A DNA stretch of 59,598 nt from an archaeon UBA543 (GCA_002502135.1 DAPM01000005.1:1-59598); one strand, 5' to 3'. Counted from the first letter of the stretch, positions 10,226 through 19,382 are shown. Notes: generated by a model from the letters alone, not told the origin. Made by a program: numbers and translations.

Positions 10226-10681
10226 ATGAATCCGTTCCTCTGGATGCTTGTGATAACTGTTGCACCGTTTATAGAGCTGAGGGGCTCGATCCCATATGGG
10301 ATTGCTGCTGGGATAAGTCCGGCTCTTGTAATTGTTTCATGTATTACATTTAACATTCTGTTGATACCGGTTTTGTTTGCGTTTTTGAATCTTTTCTTTG
10401 AAGGATTAGAGGATGTGCCATGGATTGGGAAGTTTATTGGAAGAAGAATGGCTAAGATTCACAAGAAAGCTGGGAAGTATGTTGATAGGTACGGACCAAT
10501 TGGGTTGGTGCTTTTTGTAGCTGTTCCTTTGCCAGGAACTGGAGCTTATTCTGGTGCGCTTGCTGCTTATTTGTTGGGAATGGATAAAAAGAAAGCAATG
10601 GTTTCTGTGGCAGTTGGTGTTTTAATTGCTGGAATTCTAGTTAGTTTGGCTAGCTTGGGTGTTGTTAATCTAGTTTTGTAA
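10226..10681 (+). CDS. small multidrug-export-like membrane protein (COG2426 family)
   Basis: PFIELRGSIPYGIAAG signature. The start is set at the internal ATG at 10226, because the tracked start at 10175 overlaps the divergent gene. Confidence 0.6.
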   Translation: MNPFLWMLVITVAPFIELRGSIPYGIAAGISPALVIVSCITFNILLIPVLFAFLNLFFEGLEDVPWIGKFIGRRMAKIHKKAGKYVDRYGPIGLVLFVAVPLPGTGAYSGALAAYLLGMDKKKAMVSVAVGVLIAGILVSLASLGVVNLVL

Positions 10682-10758
10682 CTCCGTCTCGCCACGGAGG
10701 ATGGCGGTAGGGCGTTCAGCTCACTTTGTTCGCTGAAGCCCTGTTTTGAAATTGGTTC
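10681..10758 (+). ncRNA. candidate structured RNA element, copy A (unknown class)
   Basis: 37 nt identical to copy B at 30182, followed by a hairpin (10710-10741) whose distal part differs from copy B but still pairs, then CTGTTTTGAA. Begins at the stop codon of the upstream CDS. Confidence 0.4.
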
Positions 10759-10815
10759 AAATAATTTATCTTTTTGTAAAGAGTTTTATAGTAGCAAGAG
10801 CAGAATTTTATTGTT

Positions 10816-10888
10816 GCCTCAGTAGCTCAGTTGGTAGAGCGTCGCTCTCGTAAAGCGAAGGCCGGGAGTTCAACTCTCCTCTGAGGCT
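10816..10888 (+). tRNA. tRNA-Thr (anticodon CGU)
   Basis: Cloverleaf: acceptor GCCTCAG/CTGAGGC, D-arm GCTC-AGTTGGTA-GAGC, anticodon stem TCGCT/AGCGA with loop CTCGTAA, T-arm GGGAG-TTCAACT-CTCCT. No encoded CCA. Confidence 0.9.
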
Positions 10889-10980
10889 TTCTTTTGGATT
10901 ATTATGAAGTGCGGGAAACATTTAAAACAAATGGAAATACTTCAGAAATTCGAAAAGGATTTAGCTGATTTTTAACCCAA

Positions 10981-11012
10981 TAAACTCACAAAAGTTAACA
11001 AAAATTTATAAC
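10981..11012 (+). promoter_or_regulatory. conserved promoter module P1 (TAAACTCACAAAAGTTAA-N2-AAAATTTATAA)
   Basis: Near-identical to modules at 52951-52982 and 54652-54684 (minus strand). Its TATA element ends ~23 nt before the ATG at 11035. Confidence 0.55.
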
Positions 11013-11034
11013 AACTAAGAGTCTCGCTGTTTTT

Positions 11035-12276
11035 ATGCTGTTTACTGAGATACTGTTGTTTATGTTAGCAGGCTGTGGACTTGGAATTGTAACTGGGTTA
11101 GTGCCAGGGATTCATATCAATATGGTTTCTGTGTTGGTGATTGCGTCCCTCCCAGTTTTTGCAGATTTTAGTCCACTTGCTGTTGCTTGTATGATAATGG
11201 CAATGAGTGTAACTCACACTTTTCTGGATTTTATTCCAAGTGTTTTGTTTGGAGCGCCGGAGAGTGGGACAGCACTTTCTGTTCTGCCAGGGCACAGGAT
11301 GTTGTTGAGTGGACGGGCGCTAGAGGCAATTAAGTTGACAGGCCTAGGGAGTTTGGTGAGCTTGCTGATAACTGCAGTTGTGTTTATTCCAGTTGTTGCT
11401 TTTCTGCCGGCTGCTTATGCTTTTGTGAAGCCAAATATTTTGTATTTGTTGATTTTTGTTTGTTGTATTAGTATTGGAACTGAAAAGAAACTGCTGACTG
11501 CGGGATTTGTTTTTCTGTTGGCTGGGTTGTTTGGTTTCTTTTTGTTGAATAGTAGTTTATTTGATTCAGGAATTATTTTTCCAGCGCTTTCAGGTATGTT
11601 TGGGATTAGTACAATGCTTTTGAGTTTGCGTGGAGAGTGTGTTATTCCGATTCAGATTAAAGCTAAAGCTACTTTGAAGGCTGGTGCTGTTTTGAAAAAC
11701 TCGTTTTTAGGTTCAATTGCTGGGATGATGGTGGGTATGTTACCAGGTTTGGGTGGGGCGCAGGCTACTTATTTGGTTCAGCAGGTTAGTCGAAAAGGCG
11801 GGGTGAAAGAGTTTTTGGTTGCTGCTAGTGGAGTGAATACTGCAAATATTATTTTTACATTGGTTGTTTTGTATGCTTTAGGGAAAATGCGGTCTGGAAT
11901 TGTAATTGCAATTGATAAAATTGTGACGAATTTTGGTTTTGTAGATTTGGTAATTTTTCTTGGGGTTATTTTGGGCGCTGGTGGAATTGCAATGCTACTG
12001 CACATAGGAATTGGCGGATTTTTGACAAAGAAAGTTTGTGGTGGTGGAAATTTTTATAATAAAATTACAGTAGGGATTATTTTGTTGATAGTTGTTTCTG
12101 TTATTTGGTTAACTGGATTAACAGGGCTCTTGGTTCTGGTTCTCAGCACAATAATTGGTTTGATTGCGCCATTAGCTGGTGTGAGAAGGGCGAATTGCAT
12201 GGCGTTCTTTTTAGTGCCAGTGATGTTGTATTATTCTGGATTGAATTTTTGGTTAATGAAATTGGTTGGTGTTTAG
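11035..12276 (+). CDS. TctA-like / DUF112 family membrane protein
   Basis: 413 aa and polytopic. GLVPGIHINMVSVL and LPGLGGAQATYL resemble TctA-family (COG1784) repeats. Confidence 0.5.
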   Translation: MLFTEILLFMLAGCGLGIVTGLVPGIHINMVSVLVIASLPVFADFSPLAVACMIMAMSVTHTFLDFIPSVLFGAPESGTALSVLPGHRMLLSGRALEAIKLTGLGSLVSLLITAVVFIPVVAFLPAAYAFVKPNILYLLIFVCCISIGTEKKLLTAGFVFLLAGLFGFFLLNSSLFDSGIIFPALSGMFGISTMLLSLRGECVIPIQIKAKATLKAGAVLKNSFLGSIAGMMVGMLPGLGGAQATYLVQQVSRKGGVKEFLVAASGVNTANIIFTLVVLYALGKMRSGIVIAIDKIVTNFGFVDLVIFLGVILGAGGIAMLLHIGIGGFLTKKVCGGGNFYNKITVGIILLIVVSVIWLTGLTGLLVLVLSTIIGLIAPLAGVRRANCMAFFLVPVMLYYSGLNFWLMKLVGV

Positions 12277-12485
12277 AAAACCCAGACAAACAAGTAGATT
12301 AGGCCAAGAGTTAGAAGGAGAAATCCAACAATTGCAGTTACTAGAAGTTTATTGTCCAAGATACTACCACCAGATGAACCCCCACCGCCGAAATCTGTTT
12401 CCCCATCTTCTGGTTCTTCCTCAGGTGACTCTTCCTCTTCTTCAGTTGGTTCTTCATCCATTAAGTCTTCATCTTCTTTTGCCAT
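12273..12485 (-). CDS. small tail-anchored protein with highly acidic N-terminus
   Basis: 70 aa. Glu/Asp-rich N-terminus, Gly/Ser linker and a single C-terminal TM helix. Lies 27 nt downstream of DP2 on the same strand. Confidence 0.45.
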   Translation of the reverse strand: MAKEDEDLMDEEPTEEEEESPEEEPEDGETDFGGGGSSGGSILDNKLLVTAIVGFLLLTLGLIYLFVWVF

Positions 12486-12512
12486 GATAAAATTATTAGT
12501 TAGATGGGGTAT

Positions 12513-15500
12513 TTAAAATGCACCAAGTTTCTTCTGTGCTTCAATTCCAAAAATAGAGTCAATTGACTTGCTGTACATTGTAATCTGCTGCGCTAGATAT
12601 GGGTTTATGTTGTACTTTTCAATCATGCGCTTTGAAACATCAAGGTATTTTTTGATAGTTCCTTCATGAACTGTCATTGTTAATTTGTTTCCACAATTAC
12701 TACAAACCCCAGAAAGGGGGGGTCTGCGATATTTTGTATTGCATTTGGTGCACCTGAGTTTCTGTTTCGCGAAGGTTCTTAGATTTCCTTTGATGTCAGG
12801 CAGAAAGTGGGACGACAGGATTCGCTCTGCAACGTCATCAGCATCAACAGCAAATGATTTTTCAGCCAAACCTAATTGTTTTTCAAGTTTGTCCAACATC
12901 TCTCCTTTTGAATATGTGTTCACAATTGGGCCGGCGTTGATGTCTTTTGTGTGATGTGTGAATGGCCAATTGAGAAGCGCATCTTCTTCTTCAAGAACAG
13001 ATTCAACTGTTTTCAATCCAATTGTGTTTGGATCTGCCCCTTGTTCTGTGGAATTATAAAAGTCTAAACCGTAACTATCAACAATGTCAACATCATAAAC
13101 CTCATCATCAAGTTCCAAAGCAGTTAAGCGGGTGCTGATAACAAGTGGAGCATCCATTCTTCCTCCACGCCTATCTGGTAAGAATGATTTGGAGAAATTG
13201 AGGAAAGAATCGAGCAAAAGGAGCACTGCATCCTCGTCACCATCACAATCTCTTCTTTTTGCATCGTGGAATGCTGGATGAGCATATCCCACTCGGGCTT
13301 TTGTGAAACCAATGAGTCTGCCGATGATACCAGTAGAGGTATGTGGCGCTAGACCAATTATCATTTTTCCAATTAAATCCTGTTTCTTCTTGCATTTGTA
13401 ATATGGTTTAAGTTTGTAATATTTTTCAAGTAACTCATCAATGAATTTGGAAGCTGCTAAAAGATAGATTGCAGCAGATTCCTCACCATAGTCAGATACA
13501 ACGACGTCTTGTGGTTTTAGTGGAAGAAGCTGATCTCCAGTTTCAAGTGGTTTTCCTTTCCAATCTTCAGTGTAGCCGAGTTTTCTGAGTTTTGCAACTG
13601 GTGCCTGAACTTCGTCAGGGGTAAAGTGAGTGAGTGGTGCGTCTGTGCTGTCAAATCTGATTGTGCCGTCCTTGAAAACATAAAGATTTTGTCGCGCCCG
13701 GAGAATTCCTTTTTCTAGGGCTTCCGGAGTTTTGCTTTTGCTAGACATCCCAAGAACTCCTTTAACTTTCTCAGGCGAAGGAACACCAAGTTTTGTAAGT
13801 GCAGAATCAAGATGAGTCTTGAAATTGATTGATTGTGTTTCGTAAGCAGTTGTTGATACCCCGCAGACTGGGCATTCTTCAGCAGGAATAGACCGACCAC
13901 AGCGTGGGCAGGCGGTTATGAGAATTGTTTTGCTGTTACAAGTGGAGCATCTTGGAAAAATACCTTGCGTTCCACAAGCTTCGCATTTGTATTTTGAGAT
14001 TTCGGGCGTGCTCGTCTGAGTAGTTTTGGCGATTTTAACAATATCACGGATACGTCCGCGTCGGCCCCCGGTTGGGAAAATTGCATTTGGTGGGGGGACC
14101 ATTTTTCTAGGTTTGGCTTTTTCAGGTCTGCCCATGCGTGCTCCAATATAAGTTGGAGCTCGGTTTTTGATTTCAACTGGACATAAATTATTGATTATCT
14201 TGATAACGTTTTTAGAGTGAAGGGTTTGTTTTTTCACGTTGCTAAGGTTCTTGGTTGGGAAATCTAAAGAGAAGAGAAGTGCTTTGAAATGCTCTGCGTC
14301 AAGAACTAGTTGATTTTCTGAAATCAGATGGAATACGCCCAAGTGTTCAAGTATTTTTTTTGTTTGCTTAGTGTTTTTTATGGTATTTTTCTCTGGATTA
14401 ATTGCTTCGGCTAGAGTTACAAGATCCTTAACAGTTATGCTGTTCCAGTAAAAAGTGTGGATTGGGTGAAAAGGAATATTATATTTTTTAGAGAGCTCAA
14501 CTGCTTTTTCAAAGCTTGGTGGTTTGGATTGGAATATTTCTGCATCTGTTTTGGATTTTTCAGCAAGCTGGAGACCCCACCATTCTTCACAGTAGGCTGA
14601 TTTTGCAAGAGTTTGGTTGTTTTCTAGAAAGTCGCCAGCAGAAATGAGTATATCACCAAGTTGGATTATTGCTTCTACTTCTTTCTCAAGTTCGACTGCT
14701 TGTTCGATTGTTGAGATTCTGAGAACTTCCCCAGAAGTTAGGCGAACTAGTGGACCTTCGATAGTGTCGCATGGTGTGATTATTGCGGCTTTGCCAGGCA
14801 TTTCCAATCGGACTTGGGTCCCAATTGCAATGAATTCTCCAAGGGTATGCATTGTTGCAGGGTTCATAGCTGCCGCAGCGTAACCGCTAGCTCGCGTTCT
14901 ACCATAGCGGAGACGGAAGCCACCCTGGCGAGAATAATGTGAGAAAACAGGTCGTCCTGCTGGAACTTCATTTAGGAATTTTTTGCTACCGCCACTTTCA
15001 ACAGCCGCTTCTGGTTCGTCAATAAGTGTGTCAAGCCAATCCCAGCGCCCGTCGGTGCCAGTTTGTTCTATTATTTCTTGGATATCCGAAGCGCCTTCGC
15101 CAGTCAAATCACCAACCCACTCAAAACCAGGAAGTTTGGTTTCAGAAATCTTCTCATGAACGTCTGGTGTGGCTGTTGACGCTTTTTTAACAAGCAAGCC
15201 CTCAAGCCAAGACCAATCCATACCAAAACTGTCTTGAATTGGCTTCATTCGCTTCCAGAGTTTTGGGGCTTTCTGAGCCACTCCCTCGGCTACAACCAAA
15301 CACATTCCACCACGCACTCTGTTGGATGGAACACGACCGAGATCTCGGAAGTTTGCAACTTCGTAGGTTTCTGTTGGCTCACCGTCAATGCAAACTGGAG
15401 TATTTCTGATTATTATTTTGACTTCCTCTTCAGACGGCATGTATTGTAAGTGAGTTCTTCTACCATACCATTGAATTTCCTCATAATACCGAGACACTTC

Positions 15501-16010
15501 TTGTTGAGTTGGTTGGTATGGTGCGAGATTCAAGACCTTACGGACATAATCTGCTATGATGATACATAGCGCTTCTGCAGTACCACCTGCTGCACGGATT
15601 GGTCCTGCGAAATAAACTGAAATGTATTGGGTGTTATCAGAATTCTTGTGAAGTTTGACTTTGGCAATTCCTTCTAGTGGTGCTGCCACAGAACCTTGGG
15701 TTAAGAAAGCGAGCCCTGCCCTTATTGCAATGTCAGCTGCTTTTTCGATGTCAGCTTCATTTTTTGCAACCTGTTCTGCAATTTTGAATGCAGCGGCAAC
15801 ATCACTCTCGGTTACTGCTGTTACTTTTTTTACAATATCTGCAAGCCCATCTAAACCAATAAGACCCTCAACCTTTTCTGAAAGATTTTTTGCAATATAA
15901 ATTTCTGGTTCTTCAGAAGGATCAACACCATTTTTCCTAGCCTGGCTAGCTAATTCAAACTCCTTTTTTGTTTCATTCTCCAGTTTTTTGAAATATTGTT
16001 CTGTGTTCAT
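12513..16010 (-). CDS. polC: DNA polymerase II (PolD) large subunit DP2
   Basis: About 1165 aa from the ATG at 16010 (the tracked start at 16076 is TTG). Has the DCDGDEDA catalytic signature and several CxxC zinc clusters. The length argues against inteins. Confidence 0.9.
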   Translation of the reverse strand: MNTEQYFKKLENETKKEFELASQARKNGVDPSEEPEIYIAKNLSEKVEGLIGLDGLADIVKKVTAVTESDVAAAFKIAEQVAKNEADIEKAADIAIRAGLAFLTQGSVAAPLEGIAKVKLHKNSDNTQYISVYFAGPIRAAGGTAEALCIIIADYVRKVLNLAPYQPTQQEVSRYYEEIQWYGRRTHLQYMPSEEEVKIIIRNTPVCIDGEPTETYEVANFRDLGRVPSNRVRGGMCLVVAEGVAQKAPKLWKRMKPIQDSFGMDWSWLEGLLVKKASTATPDVHEKISETKLPGFEWVGDLTGEGASDIQEIIEQTGTDGRWDWLDTLIDEPEAAVESGGSKKFLNEVPAGRPVFSHYSRQGGFRLRYGRTRASGYAAAAMNPATMHTLGEFIAIGTQVRLEMPGKAAIITPCDTIEGPLVRLTSGEVLRISTIEQAVELEKEVEAIIQLGDILISAGDFLENNQTLAKSAYCEEWWGLQLAEKSKTDAEIFQSKPPSFEKAVELSKKYNIPFHPIHTFYWNSITVKDLVTLAEAINPEKNTIKNTKQTKKILEHLGVFHLISENQLVLDAEHFKALLFSLDFPTKNLSNVKKQTLHSKNVIKIINNLCPVEIKNRAPTYIGARMGRPEKAKPRKMVPPPNAIFPTGGRRGRIRDIVKIAKTTQTSTPEISKYKCEACGTQGIFPRCSTCNSKTILITACPRCGRSIPAEECPVCGVSTTAYETQSINFKTHLDSALTKLGVPSPEKVKGVLGMSSKSKTPEALEKGILRARQNLYVFKDGTIRFDSTDAPLTHFTPDEVQAPVAKLRKLGYTEDWKGKPLETGDQLLPLKPQDVVVSDYGEESAAIYLLAASKFIDELLEKYYKLKPYYKCKKKQDLIGKMIIGLAPHTSTGIIGRLIGFTKARVGYAHPAFHDAKRRDCDGDEDAVLLLLDSFLNFSKSFLPDRRGGRMDAPLVISTRLTALELDDEVYDVDIVDSYGLDFYNSTEQGADPNTIGLKTVESVLEEEDALLNWPFTHHTKDINAGPIVNTYSKGEMLDKLEKQLGLAEKSFAVDADDVAERILSSHFLPDIKGNLRTFAKQKLRCTKCNTKYRRPPLSGVCSNCGNKLTMTVHEGTIKKYLDVSKRMIEKYNINPYLAQQITMYSKSIDSIFGIEAQKKLGAF

Positions 16011-16086
16011 TTTGAAGCGGACTTTATTTTGAAACGACGGAGGCCGCTTCAAAATTTGTTCAGTAACCAACTGCAAGGCCTGAACA

Positions 16087-17517
16087 TTATTGATCTGTGA
16101 AATTGAAATTAACTAAGTTGAGCTCTCTGGTTTGAAGGTTTAAGAGAGGTAGGATTGCAGGGGTTGGTTCATGTCCGCAGAGTTTTTGGAATGCAGTCTG
16201 CCCTTGCCAGGTTCCGCTGTTGATGATGTTGATTCCACGGTACATTGAATTTCCATTTGAGTGAACGTGTCCGGCGTGGAAAATGTCAGGAACAGTTCGA
16301 ATAACCATTTGATCCTGGCCTGAAGCAATGAGGCCGGTGTCATATGGTGGCGATAGGTGCCTGCGGATAAGAAGTGATTTCATTACAAGTTCTGGTTTAG
16401 TATATCCATCTTTGAGAGTTGGGTCAGCAGTAATCAGTGAATCCAGACTTACTCCGTGGTACATGAGAACATCCAGACCACCGTTGTCGTGTTCTGCGAT
16501 TTTTATTGTGGCGGGGTTGCCGACAAGTTCAATATTTTTGAGTTTGTAAAGTGGTTCAGCAACTTCTGGGTCAAGTGGTGGTTGAGGCTGGCCGAGCCGG
16601 ATAAAATCGTGATTGCCAGGAGAAAGGATTGTTTTGATGTGGTTTGGCACTTGGGAAAAGTAGTTCGCAGCTTCTTGGTATTGCTCTTCAATATTTGCAA
16701 TTGAAAGTTCTTCATCCTGCCGAGGATATATCCCAATTCCGTCAACAATGTCTCCTGCAAGGAAACAGTATTTGATTTTTGAAACCAATTCCTGCTGCTC
16801 CTTTCCACCAACTTCACCATTAAGCCAGGAAAGGAAGCGTTTGAACTCTTTTTCCATGAATTTTTTGCTCCCAATGTGGGTGTCAGATAGAAAAATCGCA
16901 TAAGATTCATGTTTCAGTTTTTTTGGTTCAGCCACAACCGGGACATCTGGCCACATTATCTCGTCAGCAAACATTATTCCGTCGCCCATTGTTCCGGCAA
17001 CACCGATAGCCTCGTCCATTACAAGTGTTTCTGCTTGTGGTCTTACCTCTTTACCAGAGGCAACTATTTTCACTGTACCGGTTGGATCTTCAAGTTCAAA
17101 AAGAATATTTCCTTTTGCAGTTATGCGTTTGTTGCAGACCAAACCAATTGTGCTCACTTTTTCTTTTACCATTTTGGTCATGCTATTAACTGATGATGGG
17201 TTGGTCAGACGACCTGAAAGAAGTTTTCTAAAGTGGGTGTATCGATTGTTGAAAAAAGTGGAAAGGTCTGAAACCCCTCGAATTGGCTTGTTTTTTTCAA
17301 AGTTTTCAAGTATTGAAAGTGTGGATTCAGTTGGTTTGTTAAGGTTATCTTCAATGTGTTTTGGGAGGATTGTGATAATATCTTGGTTTATGTTTTTTAG
17401 TAAAAGCTCTGCTGCTTCTAGTGGTTTTTCCTGTTCCAGAACAAGCCCCAGCGCATCTTTTGATATTTGAACTTTATTATTTAGAAAAAGTTGGAGGGTC
17501 TCGTTTTCGAGACTCAC
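16087..17517 (-). CDS. polB: DNA polymerase II (PolD) small subunit DP1 (exonuclease)
   Basis: 476 aa. Calcineurin-like phosphoesterase motifs LSDTHIGS, GDIVDG, GNHD and GHVH. The GTG start overlaps the orc1 stop (GTGA). Confidence 0.9.
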   Translation of the reverse strand: MSLENETLQLFLNNKVQISKDALGLVLEQEKPLEAAELLLKNINQDIITILPKHIEDNLNKPTESTLSILENFEKNKPIRGVSDLSTFFNNRYTHFRKLLSGRLTNPSSVNSMTKMVKEKVSTIGLVCNKRITAKGNILFELEDPTGTVKIVASGKEVRPQAETLVMDEAIGVAGTMGDGIMFADEIMWPDVPVVAEPKKLKHESYAIFLSDTHIGSKKFMEKEFKRFLSWLNGEVGGKEQQELVSKIKYCFLAGDIVDGIGIYPRQDEELSIANIEEQYQEAANYFSQVPNHIKTILSPGNHDFIRLGQPQPPLDPEVAEPLYKLKNIELVGNPATIKIAEHDNGGLDVLMYHGVSLDSLITADPTLKDGYTKPELVMKSLLIRRHLSPPYDTGLIASGQDQMVIRTVPDIFHAGHVHSNGNSMYRGINIINSGTWQGQTAFQKLCGHEPTPAILPLLNLQTRELNLVNFNFTDQ

Positions 17518-18707
17518 GACAACTCTCCTTTCAAAATATCACGGGACTTTTCAAGTGCTCTCCCAGTCATTGCAAGTTTGATTTTTCTAGTGCGGCCATA
17601 CCTTCCTCTTGAAATCACGCTTGCATTTATTACACCCAACATATCAAGCTCTGAAATTAAATCCGATACCCTGCGTTGGGTTAACGGAGCCAATCTGCTT
17701 TGTTTGCAGAAGGTTTGGTATACTTCATAAACATCCCCAGTTCCAATTTTTTCATTATTTAGATCTGAAAGGTAGATGATGCTGTGAAGAACTAGCTGAG
17801 ATTGACGGGGTTGGGTTTTTACCACTTGCACAACACGGTCAATATCGAGTTTTTGCTGAGCATCGTCAACATGGTGTAGCTGAATTGTTGTATCGCCTTT
17901 CCGTTCGCACAGCTCACACGCCACTCTGAGAAGATCTAGAGCCCTTCTTGCATCTCCGTGCTCCTGGGCAGCCAGTGCTGCGCATTTAGGGATGACATCT
18001 GCTGCTAGAATGTCTTTCTGTAGTGCTATTTCAGCACGTTGGGATAGAATGTCTCGGAGCTGGGTTGCATTGTATGGTGGAAAAACTAGTTCTTCTTCAG
18101 AAAGTGATGATTTTATTCTTGGATCAATGTTGTTGGTGAAGGATAAATCATTTGAGATTCCAACAATACTCACCCGACTATCTTTTAATTCTGTGTTTAT
18201 TCTGGACAGGTTGTAAAGCACATCTGTGTCAGAAAGAGAATCAATTTCATCCAAAATCAGAATGAAGATGCCTTTTTTCTTGTGCATTGTTTTAATGAAA
18301 AGTTTGTAAACTTCATCTGTTGGTAATCCAGTAGATGGCACTTCTTCACCAAATTGTGCTAAAAAGTGTGCGAACATTCGGTAGGCGGTGTTGATTTTCT
18401 CAAGTTTGCAGTTGAGATAGCAGGTTTTTAGTGCTGTTTTCTGAGCTGCAGCTTTTTTCTCTAATTCCTGACCAACATATCTGGTTACAAGCGTTTTTCC
18501 AGTGCCGGTTTTGCCGTAAATAAATACATTGCTGGGTTTATCCCCCCGCAGAGCCGAAACCAAGATTTGAGCAAGCTGATTTATCTGCTCTTCCCTATGT
18601 GGAACCTGATTTGGCGTGTATGTGTCCTGAAGCGCGTCTTTTCTAGTGAAATTCGGAGCTCGGACTAGGTAATCATCGAAAAGTTTATGCAACGTTTGCT
18701 GTGCCAT
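17514..18707 (-). CDS. orc1: Orc1/Cdc6 replication initiator
   Basis: 397 aa. Walker A GKTGTGKT, Walker B ILILDEID, a C-terminal winged-helix-like region, and an adjacent ORB-bearing AT-rich region. Confidence 0.9.
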   Translation of the reverse strand: MAQQTLHKLFDDYLVRAPNFTRKDALQDTYTPNQVPHREEQINQLAQILVSALRGDKPSNVFIYGKTGTGKTLVTRYVGQELEKKAAAQKTALKTCYLNCKLEKINTAYRMFAHFLAQFGEEVPSTGLPTDEVYKLFIKTMHKKKGIFILILDEIDSLSDTDVLYNLSRINTELKDSRVSIVGISNDLSFTNNIDPRIKSSLSEEELVFPPYNATQLRDILSQRAEIALQKDILAADVIPKCAALAAQEHGDARRALDLLRVACELCERKGDTTIQLHHVDDAQQKLDIDRVVQVVKTQPRQSQLVLHSIIYLSDLNNEKIGTGDVYEVYQTFCKQSRLAPLTQRRVSDLISELDMLGVINASVISRGRYGRTRKIKLAMTGRALEKSRDILKGELS

Positions 18708-18847
18708 TTTAAAAACCCCACCTTGTGGCTTGACTTCAATTGAAGACCGTTAGCACTTGCATAAGGAGCGCCACACTCCCACCAACCCCAGTGCTTACTA
18801 AGTTGCATAGGAAATAAGGGTATATAAGGTTTATTGTACCTCCCTGA

Positions 18848-18867
18848 CCCCTTGGTTTCGTATGGAG
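18848..18867 (-). promoter_or_regulatory. ORB-like box
   Basis: Minus strand reads CTCCATACGAAACCAAGGGG (TCCA..GAAA core plus G-string). Confidence 0.5.
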
Positions 18868-18906
18868 ATGTGGGGGAGATTTTTTGAGAGTTAAGTGGGG
18901 TTGGGT

Positions 18907-18927
18907 GTTCCAGATGAAGTAAAGGGG
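18907..18927 (+). promoter_or_regulatory. ORB-like box
   Basis: GTTCCAGATGAAGTAAAGGGG. Confidence 0.55.
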
Positions 18928-19056
18928 CCATTGTTGTTGGTTTTGGTGAGTTTTTATTGGATTATCTGAGCAAAATGATAAAATTAATTAAAATTATTTT
19001 CATAAAAAGAACTGTTGGTTCAGCAACTCAGAAAAATAATAGTGAAATCAATAGCA

Positions 19057-19076
19057 GTCCACAGGAAATAGAGGGG
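19057..19076 (+). promoter_or_regulatory. ORB-like box
   Basis: GTCCACAGGAAATAGAGGGG. Confidence 0.6.
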
Positions 19077-19086
19077 TTGTTTTCGG

Positions 19087-19107
19087 TTTCGAGATGAAAT
19101 GAAGGTG
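19087..19107 (+). promoter_or_regulatory. degenerate ORB-like box
   Basis: TTTCGAGATGAAATGAAGGTG, similar to the box at 18907. Confidence 0.35.
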
Positions 19108-19264
19108 TTGTTGGCGATTTTTGGTGAAAAACGGGCGATGAGTTGTGGTTTTATAGGAATATGAAAGAATAGTTTGGAAATTTTGGAAAACCCCTTAAAA
19201 ATATTGAGTTGTTGAGTCCCTTTTTCCTTTTGATGAACCCACCCCAGAATTAATGAGGTGATCA

Positions 19265-19382
19265 TTGAAAAAATTGAAAAATTTAGAAGAAAAAATATTA
19301 AAAAAAATAAAAATTTGGAAAAATAATGAAAAATTTGAAATAAAAATATTGAAAAAGTGTGTTAAAAAATTAAAAAAATTAA
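19265..19382. other. A-tract duplex-unwinding-element candidate
   Basis: A run made almost only of A/T, built from repeated (A/T)TTGAAAAA units, and flanked by ORB-like boxes. Confidence 0.6.

Noticed and set aside
10682-10708. H-type pseudoknot in the conserved 5' part of the element (loop CGCC pairing with downstream GGCG)
   Set aside because: The pairing is possible on paper. However, a 3-nt connector would have to span a 6-bp stem, which is sterically doubtful. Both copies are identical here, so there is no covariation. I report alternative hairpins instead.
12513-16076. Inteins in PolD DP2 (and in Cdc48 or Hel308)
   Set aside because: Protein lengths are standard (about 1165, 767 and 703 aa), and the conserved motifs are contiguous. 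I saw no Cys/Ser...His-Asn splice-junction insert.
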